Shown: positions 19,614 to 28,762, numbered from the stretch's first letter. The stretch is 64,000 nucleotides of DNA from Nitrospira sp. (GCA_036376045.1 DASVBB010000116.1:1916-65915); one strand, 5' to 3'. Notes: generated by a model not told the origin, from the letters alone. Translations and numbers: made by a program.

Positions 19614-20651
19614 TCACCGCTGCTTCACCAGGGCTCTGCGCTTCGACGGTGTCTTGCTGTCGTCGTTGTGGCGGGCTGCCCGGGACTGGCTCCGGAAGCG
19701 GGCCGGCGGGTGGCCGAACTGCCGTTTGAACGCACGATTGAACGAGGGTTCCGACTCGTAACCGACCTCGGCGGCGATCTCTGCGACGCTCCGGTTCGTC
19801 GATTTGAGCAGTTGCGCGCCGAGCTGCAGCCGCCACTGCGCGAGGTAGGCCATGGGACTTTCAGAGAGATAACGCCGGAACCGCTCAGCGAGGACCGACC
19901 GGGACACACCAATTTCGCTGCCGAGTGAGGCCAGGGTCCAGGGATGTGCCGGCCGCCGATGGAGGAGCGCGAGTGCTTTCCCAATCTCGGGATCTCGTAC
20001 ACCGGCGAGCCAGCCGGTCTGCTCCTGCGGCAGCAGCTCGATGTAACGCCGGAGCGTCTCGACAAAGAGGACTTCGGAGAGTTTGGCGAGGACGGCTTCT
20101 GCTCCGGGGCTCGAGGGATCCGCATTGTCCACTGAATAGCGGAGTGAATGCTCCAGCCATTGCCCCGACGGTCCGTTGCGGACGTTCACCTTCATCAGAG
20201 GCGGTAGTCCCCCAAGGAACACGCTGCTGAGCTGCGGTTCGCAGGTCATGTAGCCGCAGATAAATTTGGTGAGTTCACCGCCCCCGCCCATGCGCGAGAG
20301 TTTCAATCCGAGCGAGAGTACGCGCTCTAATTCGCGCGAATTGTCCGTCGGTGTGACTGGCGGACCGTTTCCCAAAAGATGGGAGTCGCCGTGGGGGAAG
20401 ATGACGATGTCCCCGGCATCGAGTGGAACCGGACGTCCGTCGCCTTCGACGTGCGCGTAGCCACGACCCTCTGTCAGTAAATGGAAGATGATGACGTGTC
20501 GACGGCCGTCAGCCAGATAAGGCGCCAGCAGGTTCGAATGCGGCGACCGGACGCACCAGGGTGCGGAAAACTCGCCGTTGAAAAACAGAGCGCCGTCGAG
20601 CCGGACAGTTTCTAGCACCTCGGATAAGACATCCATCAAACGCCCCACCAC
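19614..20651 (-). CDS. AraC family transcriptional regulator with N-terminal cupin-type domain
   Basis: 345 aa. C-terminal double HTH (IGVSRSVLAERFRRYLSESPMAYLAQWRLQLGAQLL...VAEIAAEVGYESEPSFNRAFKRQFG). Confidence 0.85.
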   Translation of the reverse strand: MVGRLMDVLSEVLETVRLDGALFFNGEFSAPWCVRSPHSNLLAPYLADGRRHVIIFHLLTEGRGYAHVEGDGRPVPLDAGDIVIFPHGDSHLLGNGPPVTPTDNSRELERVLSLGLKLSRMGGGGELTKFICGYMTCEPQLSSVFLGGLPPLMKVNVRNGPSGQWLEHSLRYSVDNADPSSPGAEAVLAKLSEVLFVETLRRYIELLPQEQTGWLAGVRDPEIGKALALLHRRPAHPWTLASLGSEIGVSRSVLAERFRRYLSESPMAYLAQWRLQLGAQLLKSTNRSVAEIAAEVGYESEPSFNRAFKRQFGHPPARFRSQSRAARHNDDSKTPSKRRALVKQR

Positions 20652-20813
20652 GCGCGGCTGATCGGCAAATCATGCCGGACGCCCGATCAAGTGGGGAGGA
20701 GCGTACCACGCCTGCGTCAAGAGAACCAGACTCCCGGCTAAGCCGCCCTGGACGGATTCCCTTTATAGTCGCCACATCAGTATTGCGGCACATTCACACA
20801 AAGGAGAGGGACC

Positions 20814-21635
20814 ATGACCACTATTGCAGCCACTGCCGACGTCGAGATGTTGAAGGCGCGCCTCAAATCGATTTGGATGGCCGGCGACTACGATCAATTC
20901 TCGCGATATTTGGAAGCCGGCGCCCGGGAGTTCTACGAGCGGCTGCCGCTCAGGCCGGGCATGAGGCTCTTGGACGTCGCCTGCGGCTCAGGCCAGCTCG
21001 CCTTGATGGCCGCGAAAGATGGATTAGACGTCACCGGCGTGGACATCGCCACCAATCTGGTGGAGCGGGCACGTTCACGGGCAAGGGCGGCAGGGCTGCG
21101 TGCCCGATTCGAGGAAGCGGATGCCGAAGCGCTCCCATTTGCCGACGCACAGTTTGACGTGGTGACGAGCTTGATCGGCGCCATGTTCGCACCACGGCCC
21201 GACCTTGTCACTGCCGAGTTGCTGAGGGTCTGCAATCCCGGTGGGATCATTGCGATGGCGAATTGGACGCCGCAGGGATTCGTCGGACAGATGTTCAAGG
21301 CCGTGTCCAAGTTCATCGCGCCATCCGGCATGCCCTCGCCGGTCTTGTGGGGCGACGAAACCACGGTTCGTGAACGGTTCGATCAGGGGCTCTCGGATCT
21401 CCGGCTGGTCAGGCGTCACTATACGTTCTCCTATGCGTTTCCGCCGGCCGCCGTGGTGGAGCTCTTTCGGCTCTACTACGGACCTATTCACCAAGCGTTT
21501 GCGGCGCTCGACGCCGGAGGGCGGGACGCACTTCGTGCCGAACTGGAAGCCCTCTGGGCGGCTCACAATCGCGCAGAAATAGACCGCACGATCGTGCACG
21601 CGGAATATCTGGAAGTCGTTGGCACTCGGGCATGA
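20814..21635 (+). CDS. class I SAM-dependent methyltransferase
   Basis: 273 aa. Motif I LLDVACGSGQLAL and post-I DVTGVDI. Divergent from the AraC gene. Confidence 0.8.
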   Translation: MTTIAATADVEMLKARLKSIWMAGDYDQFSRYLEAGAREFYERLPLRPGMRLLDVACGSGQLALMAAKDGLDVTGVDIATNLVERARSRARAAGLRARFEEADAEALPFADAQFDVVTSLIGAMFAPRPDLVTAELLRVCNPGGIIAMANWTPQGFVGQMFKAVSKFIAPSGMPSPVLWGDETTVRERFDQGLSDLRLVRRHYTFSYAFPPAAVVELFRLYYGPIHQAFAALDAGGRDALRAELEALWAAHNRAEIDRTIVHAEYLEVVGTRA

Positions 21636-21798
21636 GCATCATCATTCATGCATTCAACTCTAGGAGGAGGCCGCCAGTCGCCGTGCTGGTGAGGACGCCG
21701 TAGAGGATTTAGGTGTATCCCTAGTATGTGGCCATCAAACCCACCCCGTATCATTTTAATAAGGTGGTGCCTCTATCAATCACAACCTATATGGGGGG

Positions 21799-22260
21799 AT
21801 GGCTATGAAACCTCGAACATTCGGTGCGTTTGTCATCGCTGGCGCCTGCCTGTTTGCAACCGGGACGGTGCTAGCTCAATCGGGATCCGGTGGAAGTTCC
21901 GCTGGGTCAGGATCCGCCGGGTCAGGGACGAGCGGAATGACGTCTCAAGGCTTGGCGTCCGAGCCAGCCGGAATCGGTGAACGAGGGACGGGGCAAACCC
22001 AGAGCACGCTTGAGCGCTCTGGCAGCCAGGGACAAAAGGGTATGACCTCTGAGCCGTCCGGCATCGGGGAAAAAGGCACCGGCCAATCGGAGAGTACGAT
22101 GGAGCGCTCGGGGCTCGAACAGAGCGGGAGTGCCCAGAGTGGATCGCAGATGCCATCGGGAATTGGCGAAAAAGGCACTGGGCAGACACAGGAACGATCC
22201 GGCGGGCAGGGCAGTACCCAAAGCCAATCAAAAAGCGCGATGGAGCGTCCCGAACAGTAA
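21799..22260 (+). CDS. secreted Ser/Gly/Thr/Gln-rich tandem-repeat protein
   Basis: 153 aa. Signal peptide MAMKPRTFGAFVIAGACLFATGTVLA|QSG, then three copies of the unit SEP[AS]GIGE[RK]GTGQ[TS][QE]ST[LM]ERSG. No family recognised. Confidence 0.65.
   Translation: MAMKPRTFGAFVIAGACLFATGTVLAQSGSGGSSAGSGSAGSGTSGMTSQGLASEPAGIGERGTGQTQSTLERSGSQGQKGMTSEPSGIGEKGTGQSESTMERSGLEQSGSAQSGSQMPSGIGEKGTGQTQERSGGQGSTQSQSKSAMERPEQ
21937..22203 (+). repeat. three imperfect in-frame coding repeats (about 24-35 codons each)
   Basis: Peptide units MTSQGLASEPAGIGERGTGQTQSTLERSG / MTSEPSGIGEKGTGQSESTMERSG / MPSGIGEKGTGQTQERSG, read directly from the translation. Confidence 0.8.
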
Positions 22261-22283
22261 GCAGAGCAATCTGAAGTGACAAG

Positions 22284-22312
22284 CGGGCGCCCGGAGGTTG
22301 CTCGGGCGCCCG
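22284..22312. terminator. GC-rich hairpin between convergent genes (likely bidirectional terminator)
   Basis: CGGGCGCCCG (22284-22293) pairs with CGGGCGCCCG (22303-22312), giving a 10-bp stem and 9-nt loop GAGGTTGCT. It lies between the stop at 22260 (+) and the stop at 22320 (-). Confidence 0.5.
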
Positions 22313-22319
22313 GCATCGG

Positions 22320-22748
22320 TTACGTCTCCACGACTTGCTTGAGTCCCTCGAGCATCTTCCGCCAATTGTGTTCCGAATGTGTACGTGCGTCCTCAGTGGG
22401 GTTGTTGTCCTGAGAGAGTGTCACGCAGGTCTGCTCCCCGTCACCAGCCAAATCGATCGTCACCATGTGATAATTGTCCGGTCGGTCGGGAAGCCCGGAG
22501 AGCGGGCTGAAATGGCTGTACTGCAGCCTATGCTCAGGTGTGCACTGACGGATCGTGCCCTTATCCTCATACGTCTTTCCCTGCCACTGCCCTTTCCAGA
22601 TAATCGGACTTCCTTCCTGCCAGTCGGAAACGACGTGGGCGCCGAACATATACTGCTTGATGGCCTGTGGGGACACGAGGGCCTGCCACACAGCATGGCG
22701 TGGAGCGTTGATGACGATCGAGGCATTAGCGATGAAATTGGCTGTCAT
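22320..22748 (-). CDS. SRPBCC superfamily protein (AHSA1/Aha1-like domain)
   Basis: Trimmed to ATG 22748, preceded by AAGGAG. The sequence MTANFIANASIVINAPRHAVWQALVSPQAIKQYMFG...WKGQWQGKTYEDKG follows the AHSA1-type pattern. Confidence 0.75.
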   Translation of the reverse strand: MTANFIANASIVINAPRHAVWQALVSPQAIKQYMFGAHVVSDWQEGSPIIWKGQWQGKTYEDKGTIRQCTPEHRLQYSHFSPLSGLPDRPDNYHMVTIDLAGDGEQTCVTLSQDNNPTEDARTHSEHNWRKMLEGLKQVVET

Positions 22749-23342
22749 CCCTGACTCCTTTCGTTCGAAGCGCCAGCACATCGGCTAGATGTTTGATAGT
22801 GTCCCCTTCAACGGGTGCGACTTTCGTGCCGTCAGTGGCTCTGGAGATGGCGAAAGAGAAAGTACGAGATCTGGCATGTGTTATGCCGCACACCGGCTCG
22901 GGTAATCCCTCGGTTGACACGCTCATCCGGGAAGAGTACAGGTGTGGAGTGCTCGCTGACTCCCTCCGATAATTGTTTCAGAACCAGGAGGAGGTCGTCA
23001 TGACAGAAGACCTGAATCCACCGGACCAGGAAGGCCCGCCGAGTCGCGGGTCGGCATCTCGTCAGTCACGCTAATTGTCTCATCCAGTCACCGCCACCCC
23101 GAAAAGGGGACCACTTCCAAGCATGAGGAAGCCGGTGCGTAGAGACAGGTTGGCGTGAGGAACACAAGCGCCTGGGATCGACTCAAATTCTCCCCTGACG
23201 ATTTGTCTCCACCATCCGCGCCTTGCACGGGTCTCCAGTAGACATAACGCCATAGACCAATCGGCGTCATAAGCGCCACACACGGGCGGCCTCCACGTAT
23301 GTGAAGAGGTCGCCCGTGTCGTTTGAGCCAAAGGAGGCGGCC

Positions 23343-23795
23343 ATGCGCGTCCACGAAGTGATGTCGAGGGGAATTGTCACGGCCTTCAAGACGGATACGG
23401 TCAGGTCCGTTGTCGTGAAAATGATGAACCGCAATTGCGGCGCCATACCGGTGGTGGAGGGCGACAACCGCCTCATCGGCATGGTGACGTTACGCGACGT
23501 GTTGTTACCGCTGTACCCCAACTACGGCGACTATATTCACGACAACGTGCATAGCCGGGACTTCGTGGAGATGGAAACAGGATATTCCGAGGTTCTGGGG
23601 AAAAAGGTCGAGGACATCATGACCCCCAATCCCCTGACGGTCGGACCCGGTGATCCGATCCTCGAAGCCGCCTCCTACATGGGCCTGAAGAATTTCCGAC
23701 GAATCCCTGTCGTCGACCAACAGACACTCGTCGGCATGCTCAGCATCGGCGACATCAATCGCGGATTGTTCTTCGAGTTGGGGATGCGAGGCTAG
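23343..23795 (+). CDS. CBS-pair domain protein (stand-alone)
   Basis: Start ATG 23343, preceded by AAGGAGG. Two CBS motifs (MRVHEVMSRGIVTAF...GAIPVVEGDNRLIGMVTLRDVL and VEDIMTPNPLTV...RRIPVVDQQTLVGMLSIGDI). Confidence 0.8.
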   Translation: MRVHEVMSRGIVTAFKTDTVRSVVVKMMNRNCGAIPVVEGDNRLIGMVTLRDVLLPLYPNYGDYIHDNVHSRDFVEMETGYSEVLGKKVEDIMTPNPLTVGPGDPILEAASYMGLKNFRRIPVVDQQTLVGMLSIGDINRGLFFELGMRG

Positions 23796-23844
23796 GAGCG
23801 GATTTCAATTTCACCCACCCGCCCTGCGCACGCCGGGACGTGCG

Positions 23845-24324
23845 CTATTCCCAGGTGGTCCATTGTCCAACGGCATACATGATCGTTTCGTGAATCGCCA
23901 GCACTTGATTCTTGCAGACAAAGGCAGCCGCCCCGGCAGTTCTCATTGCGCTGTACTTGGGCGGTGAAAAATGTCCTGTGAGGCAGATGACGACCGTCTC
24001 AGGGCAGACCTTCTTGATGCACTGGGTGGCTTCGATCCCATCGAGATAGGGGAGCGCGACATCCATCAAGATGACGTCGGGTTTGTGCTCAATCGCCATG
24101 GTCACTGCTTCCTGGCCGTCCCCGGCCTGCCCGATGACGGTCACATCCGCATACTTCTCGAGAATGTCCTGGAGCAACTGGCGGGTCTCTCGATCATCGT
24201 CGACCAGCAGGATGCGGTATTGCGAGATGGGCCTTTTCACGGCTGAAGGTCGCTCTGGCGATTGTTCGGATGAGACGAAATCGCCGCTGCGTGTGCCTTG
24301 GTTGCCATCGACGGAGACGAGCAT
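23845..24324 (-). CDS. response regulator, receiver domain only
   Basis: 159 aa. ILLVDDDRETRQLL and the phospho-acceptor context PDVILMDVALPYLDGIEA. No output/HTH domain after the receiver. Confidence 0.8.
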   Translation of the reverse strand: MLVSVDGNQGTRSGDFVSSEQSPERPSAVKRPISQYRILLVDDDRETRQLLQDILEKYADVTVIGQAGDGQEAVTMAIEHKPDVILMDVALPYLDGIEATQCIKKVCPETVVICLTGHFSPPKYSAMRTAGAAAFVCKNQVLAIHETIMYAVGQWTTWE

Positions 24325-24367
24325 AACGATCTTCTCCCTACGATTGTGTAAATAAGTGCGTAGGCCG

Positions 24368-24827
24368 TCACGTCCTAGGACAGTCCCTATAGTCTTTTAT
24401 ATAGGTCTTCCGCTGCGAAGGCTGCCTAGGAAGAACCCCAAGTCGCACACTTTTTTTTCCTTCTTGCGAAATGCCGTAGAAAAGGCGTTCAGGACCGGCG
24501 CTTCGACGCTTCCAGCCGTCGTAGGCAGTACGGAGGAGCGCGAGATGGTTTTCGATGAACATCTGTTCCACCGTCTCGAGTTGACGATTGTCATGCAGCA
24601 GTTCGATCAATGCCCGCGTACAATATCGTTGGATTGTGCCATCGGTCGTCCGTCGTATCATCCAGTGCATAGCGATAGTTCCTCAGGAACGCTCTCGCGA
24701 GCTGGCGAATGTTCACAGACAGATTGTCCGCTTTTTTGTGGAAATGAAGGGTCGTGCCGCTAGGAGAGACCACGGCTGAGAAGACGTTCACTTCGCGCGA
24801 TCGATGCGATGGCAAATCTCCAGACAA
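24368..24827 (-). pseudogene. possible decayed remnant of a regulator C-terminus (weak sigma-54 enhancer-binding-protein-like signal)
   Basis: Two overlapping minus-strand ORFs in different frames (24591..24827 and 24368..24670) read through as ...LSVNIRQLARAFLRNYRYALDD / TTDGTIQRY...QLETVEQMFIENHLALL...FYGISQEGKK. This faintly recalls GNVRELxN...LExxEReLI...LGISRxTL of NtrC-type proteins. The region is visibly AT-richer, and no full-length ORF fits. Confidence 0.3.
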
Positions 24828-25177
24828 TTTCCGCTGGGATCCTCGAAGAACACTGCATAGTAACCTGGTCCTTCATCGTAACCGGGGCCTTCCATCTTCC
24901 GCGCTCCCGCCCGCCGGGCCGTCTCGGCCAGCCGGTCCACCTCCGCAGTGTCCTCTGCCCAAAACGCAATCCGGCAAGCATTGGCTTGATGCAGGGTGGC
25001 TTCGGTGATCCCGAAAAATTCCGTGATACTATCCGGCCCATCCGCTTCGAACGACAACCAGCCGTCAATCTCGACGCGGCGGGTAAAGCCCAACGCAGGC
25101 AGGAGGATCTCATAGAAGCGCCGCACGTCGGCCAGACTCTGCACACGAAGATCAATGTGATCGTATCGTCTTTTCAT
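24788..25177 (-). CDS. VOC (glyoxalase/bleomycin-resistance/dioxygenase) family protein
   Basis: 129 aa. YDHIDLRVQSLADVRRFYEILLPALGF... and YYAVFFEDPSGNCLEICH, a typical paired beta-alpha-beta-beta-beta VOC pattern. Confidence 0.78.
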   Translation of the reverse strand: MKRRYDHIDLRVQSLADVRRFYEILLPALGFTRRVEIDGWLSFEADGPDSITEFFGITEATLHQANACRIAFWAEDTAEVDRLAETARRAGARKMEGPGYDEGPGYYAVFFEDPSGNCLEICHRIDRAK

Positions 25178-25251
25178 CGCTGTAACATGGACGCTGCGCT
25201 GCTCGGAGGAGAACGGCGCTTTGTCTGTGACCGTCCGTGAAGAAGCACCGG

Positions 25252-25908
25252 TTACCGTGAGGCGACCGTCCTCAGTTGTGCGTCATGGAGCATCTTATTC
25301 TGGATCTGCTGTACCGCGTCGGTCAGCGCACGGTTGAGGCGCGCCCCCGGGGCAACCTCGCCGGTCGGATTGAAGTTTTCGTCGAACGAGGAAGATCCGT
25401 GGTACGTACCGATCAACTGCCCTTCTCTCGTTAAGAGAAACAGTGTGACATCCGCTGTGCCATTCGTGGCATGGGTTTTCCAGTCCAGGAGGTCGACGGC
25501 GATTTTTCCGGCATAGGGCAACGGCACTCGGGTCCATAGCCGCGGACGGTAGTGCTCATACAGCGCGTTGATCCGTCCTGTGAGAATGAGATCGGGCTCC
25601 CGGTCGAAAGAGGTGATTTTCGAAAACACACCGGCCTGGTCGAAGGCCTCCAACAGCTCATTCCGCACTTGAAGCGCCAGTTGTCTGGGCGGAACAGGCT
25701 TCGCTTCTGGACCGGTGAGGCCAAAGCTTTCCTTGCCGGAAATCAGCGCAGGCGCCGGGTAGATATCGTGAAACTCCGCTATGGCGTCAATAATAGGACG
25801 GACTTCGGGGAGAGAGATCTCCGGAACAAACTCAGCCTTCGCGCAGCCCGCTGCAATCAGCAGTATCCCGCAGACTAGACCATGACGCATGCGGTCGATC
25901 CATGACAT
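25252..25908 (-). CDS. lipoprotein of unknown function
   Basis: Start set at ATG 25908, 4 nt after the upstream stop. Lipobox LLIAAGC. The ORF track start 25962 would overlap the upstream gene. Confidence 0.65.
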   Translation of the reverse strand: MSWIDRMRHGLVCGILLIAAGCAKAEFVPEISLPEVRPIIDAIAEFHDIYPAPALISGKESFGLTGPEAKPVPPRQLALQVRNELLEAFDQAGVFSKITSFDREPDLILTGRINALYEHYRPRLWTRVPLPYAGKIAVDLLDWKTHATNGTADVTLFLLTREGQLIGTYHGSSSFDENFNPTGEVAPGARLNRALTDAVQQIQNKMLHDAQLRTVASR

Positions 25909-25912
25909 GCCG

Positions 25913-26227
25913 TTAATCGACGACCCGCTGGATGGTCGACGCATACCCATCCTCCGATACATAGGCCTTCACCTGATCGCCGACGGTCACTTGGTCCATC
26001 TTTGTGTTGTCGTCCACGCGAACACGTCTGGACTCTCCGCGATCATCGCGAATCGACACGTATTTGGCACCGATGTCATTGACGCGGCCCTTCACGGATT
26101 CTTTCGAAATGCGTTCACTCATCGTGGGTGATGCCATACGTCGTTCAGACGCGTTTTTCGCGCAGCCGGCCGCCGTCAGCTGCAGGGCCATTACCGCTGT
26201 GAGGATCACGAGCGTTGAAGTTCGCAT
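25913..26227 (-). CDS. small lipoprotein of unknown function (104 aa)
   Basis: Trimmed to ATG 26227, preceded by AAGGAGGTG. Signal and lipobox MRTSTLVILTAVMALQLTAAGC. Confidence 0.65.
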   Translation of the reverse strand: MRTSTLVILTAVMALQLTAAGCAKNASERRMASPTMSERISKESVKGRVNDIGAKYVSIRDDRGESRRVRVDDNTKMDQVTVGDQVKAYVSEDGYASTIQRVVD

Positions 26228-26436
26228 AAGACACCTCCTTCCTATTGACTCTACGTTCAGGAGCGGGCGTATCATCCTGGGAACGTCCCCCAGATCAGGC
26301 AAAAGCTTCTCCTGACCTTCAGGGAGTGTAAGGGCTGTGGTGTTTTTCACCTACAAATCGAAGGCTGGGACAGCTAGCGAAACCTCTAGGTGTGCTGCAA
26401 CCCCTTAAAGTGCAAGGTGTTGCGCGGCATTATCGG

Positions 26437-26452
26437 TGGCATGTCGCGTGCA
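26437..26452 (+). promoter_or_regulatory. candidate sigma-54 (-24/-12) promoter
   Basis: TGGCATGTCGCGTGCA compared with the consensus TGGCACG-N4-TTGCA. The GG and GC dinucleotides are at the canonical 12-nt register. It lies about 83 nt upstream of the glycosyltransferase ATG, in a ~300-bp intergenic region. Confidence 0.35.
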
Positions 26453-26533
26453 AATTTCCTCAGGCAGCTAGTCTTTGTACGTACGCGACAACGAAGAACG
26501 CAGTTATTATTTTGATTCGAAAGGACGGTCGAC

Positions 26534-27658
26534 ATGAAAATTGCCCAAATTGCGCCTCTCTGGGAAAGCGTGCCACCGCGGCTCTATGGAGGTACCGAGC
26601 GGGTGGTGTCGTATCTGACTGAGGAACTCGTCCGTCAGGGTCATGAGGTGACGCTCTATGCCAGCGGCGATTCGCAGACTGCCGCCCGCTTGAAGCCACC
26701 GTGTCCCCATGCGCTCCGGCTCAACACGGGTCCCGTCAATCGTGACGCGCCGCTCATCCTCATGCAGGAACAGGCCCTGGGGGCGGAGGCCGATGAATTC
26801 GACATTATTCACTCGCATCTCGATTTTCTGAGTTTTCCCATGAGCCGGCGCTGCCCCAGACCGGTCTTAACGACCTTACATGGCCGCTTGGACCTTCCGG
26901 AACTCGTGCCGATGTTTCGTGAATATGCCGACATGCAGCTTGTGTCCATCTCAAACGCTCAACGTCTTCCCTTGCCCAATGCCAACTGGCAGGCGACCGT
27001 GTACCACGGATTGCCGGATCTGTATAACTATCACCCGACTCCTGGAAAGTATTTCGCTTATCTTGGGCGAATTTGCCCGGAAAAGCGTCCTGATCATGCA
27101 ATCGAGATCGCCAAGCGGGTCGGCGTCCCGCTGCGACTTGCCGCGAAAGTCGATCCCGTCGACCGCGAGTATTTTGAAACGCAGATCGTACCGTTGTTGA
27201 ATCATCCATTGATTGAGTATGTGGGTGAAATCAATGATGCCGAGAAGTGTGATTTTCTCGGCAACGCCGCTGCTGTCCTGTGCACCTACGACTGGCCTGA
27301 ACCATTCGGCATTGTGTTGATCGAGGCGCTGGCCTGCGGTACGCCGGTCTTTGCGTATCGTCGAGGTTCAATCCCCGAGATTATCGATGACGGCGTCACA
27401 GGCTTTGTCTGCGAGAGCATGGCAGAAATGGTGGCGAAGATCGACCAGTTGCCGCTCATTAACCGGCGGCACTGTCGCGAGGCCTTCCAGAGCCGTTTCA
27501 CCGTGGAGCGGATGGTACAGGATTATCTAGCGGTCTATGAACGGATGGCGACGGTTCCTTCCCGTGTGCATGCGCTGGCAAACAGCCGCTCACTGCGCGC
27601 AGTGGGTCGCAAGCGTCTCACGGTCAGCGAACTCGTGACCCCGCATGGCACGGCCTGA
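26534..27658 (+). CDS. glycosyltransferase family 4
   Basis: 374 aa. MKIAQIAPLWESVPPRLYGGTERVVSYL and the EX7E region EPFGIVLIEALACGTPV. Confidence 0.85.
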   Translation: MKIAQIAPLWESVPPRLYGGTERVVSYLTEELVRQGHEVTLYASGDSQTAARLKPPCPHALRLNTGPVNRDAPLILMQEQALGAEADEFDIIHSHLDFLSFPMSRRCPRPVLTTLHGRLDLPELVPMFREYADMQLVSISNAQRLPLPNANWQATVYHGLPDLYNYHPTPGKYFAYLGRICPEKRPDHAIEIAKRVGVPLRLAAKVDPVDREYFETQIVPLLNHPLIEYVGEINDAEKCDFLGNAAAVLCTYDWPEPFGIVLIEALACGTPVFAYRRGSIPEIIDDGVTGFVCESMAEMVAKIDQLPLINRRHCREAFQSRFTVERMVQDYLAVYERMATVPSRVHALANSRSLRAVGRKRLTVSELVTPHGTA

Positions 27659-27691
27659 CGAACCAGAAGACTCGTCCACGATGTGGATCAC

Positions 27692-27745
27692 GGGAGAACC
27701 TCTGACCGAACCCGAGGCTTTCCAGTCCTCGAAAGAGGTTCTCCC
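27692..27745 (+). other. 12-bp inverted repeat downstream of the glycosyltransferase
   Basis: GGGAGAACCTCT (27692-27703) and AGAGGTTCTCCC (27734-27745) are perfect complements separated by 30 nt. No U-tract. Function unknown (structured 3' end or protein-binding site). Confidence 0.3.
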
Positions 27746-28006
27746 TGATACCCATCGGGACCTCGCGCAGGCAGCTCGAAATCATGCCGTCCCACTAGCG
27801 GCACCCTCCTAAGGGAAATTCAATGCTCGGCCCTCGAGACACCCTGCTCATAGTTCGGCGATAATACTGGAAAACTACCAGTGCGCCGGCTTCAGTCCTC
27901 CTCCCGATAGCGTTCCGGCTTTCGATCGCTCCCGTTGAACCAAGGGGTCATCCCGCCATCCTTCTGTAGGATAGCCGGATCTCCAGTGTGTGCGTAGCAT
28001 GGCCGT

Positions 28007-28666
28007 ATGCGCTGTTCCCGGAATGCCAAGGCCGTGGTGTTTGCCGCTGCCCTCGTGACCGGTCTGTCGCTCCAGACGGGGTGCCGGCCTCCGACTCCAA
28101 TTGCGGTTGATCCATCATCAGTCGAGTTGGAGCGTTCGCTTCCGGATATGGCCGTGCCCCAGCACGTGCGTCGCCTGGCGGTATGGTATCCCCGGACCGG
28201 CGAACAGGATGTCGCGTACGCCTACAGTCGACTCGAAGAAGCCACCTTTCAGCTCAAGCGGCAACGGTCCTGGATCAAAATCGTTGATCGGCACAACTTG
28301 GATCAGCTCGCGGAGGAGCAGCGCTTCCAGCTTTCAGGGAGAGTGGCCGACGACAGTGCGGTGCGAGTTGGGAAATGGCTCGGCGCCGACAGCATGGTCG
28401 TCTTCCGCATCGAAGGGCCTACGTGGAGGGAGCGGATGCTGGCGCGCATGTATGGGAAGATGCCGCCCTTCGTCGTCTCGAGCAAGATCATTTCCCTGGA
28501 AAGCGGCGAAGTGTTCTACCACGACGTGGTGAGTGCTACTCCGGTCCCGGCCTCCGGCGAATGGGGCGATTACGCGACCGATAACGAATTGCGCCCCGCC
28601 ATGCATGCGGCACTGGACCAGGCCTTGTCCCGTGCGATTCTGCACCTTCACCGGTCATTTCGCTGA
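28007..28666 (+). CDS. lipoprotein, CsgG/LpoB-like fold suggested
   Basis: Signal and lipobox AALVTGLSLQTGC. The central segment RLAVWYPRTG...IVDRHNLDQLAEEQRFQLSGRVADDSAVRVGKWLGADSMVV follows the pattern I associate with CsgG-family and related lipoproteins. This is a fold-level guess only. Confidence 0.6.
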   Translation: MRCSRNAKAVVFAAALVTGLSLQTGCRPPTPIAVDPSSVELERSLPDMAVPQHVRRLAVWYPRTGEQDVAYAYSRLEEATFQLKRQRSWIKIVDRHNLDQLAEEQRFQLSGRVADDSAVRVGKWLGADSMVVFRIEGPTWRERMLARMYGKMPPFVVSSKIISLESGEVFYHDVVSATPVPASGEWGDYATDNELRPAMHAALDQALSRAILHLHRSFR

Positions 28667-28762
28667 TCCTGCCGGCGAGTCTGCGGTTGCTCCTTGCGGC
28701 ACCGCCTGAAGCGGACACCTCAACCCATATCCGGGAACCCCAGCCGCATGATGCGGCCTGTA

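Noticed and set aside
22749-23342. ~590-nt gap upstream of the AHSA1-like gene. I looked for a decayed ArsR-type regulator (often paired with AHSA1 proteins) and noted a 24-codon mini-ORF with a strong AGGAGGAGG RBS at 23000..23074
   Set aside because: Fragments such as LLVLKQLSEGVSEHS are too short and frame-broken to support an ArsR call. The mini-ORF (MTEDLNPPDQEGPPSRGSASRQSR) has no recognisable features. Left unannotated.
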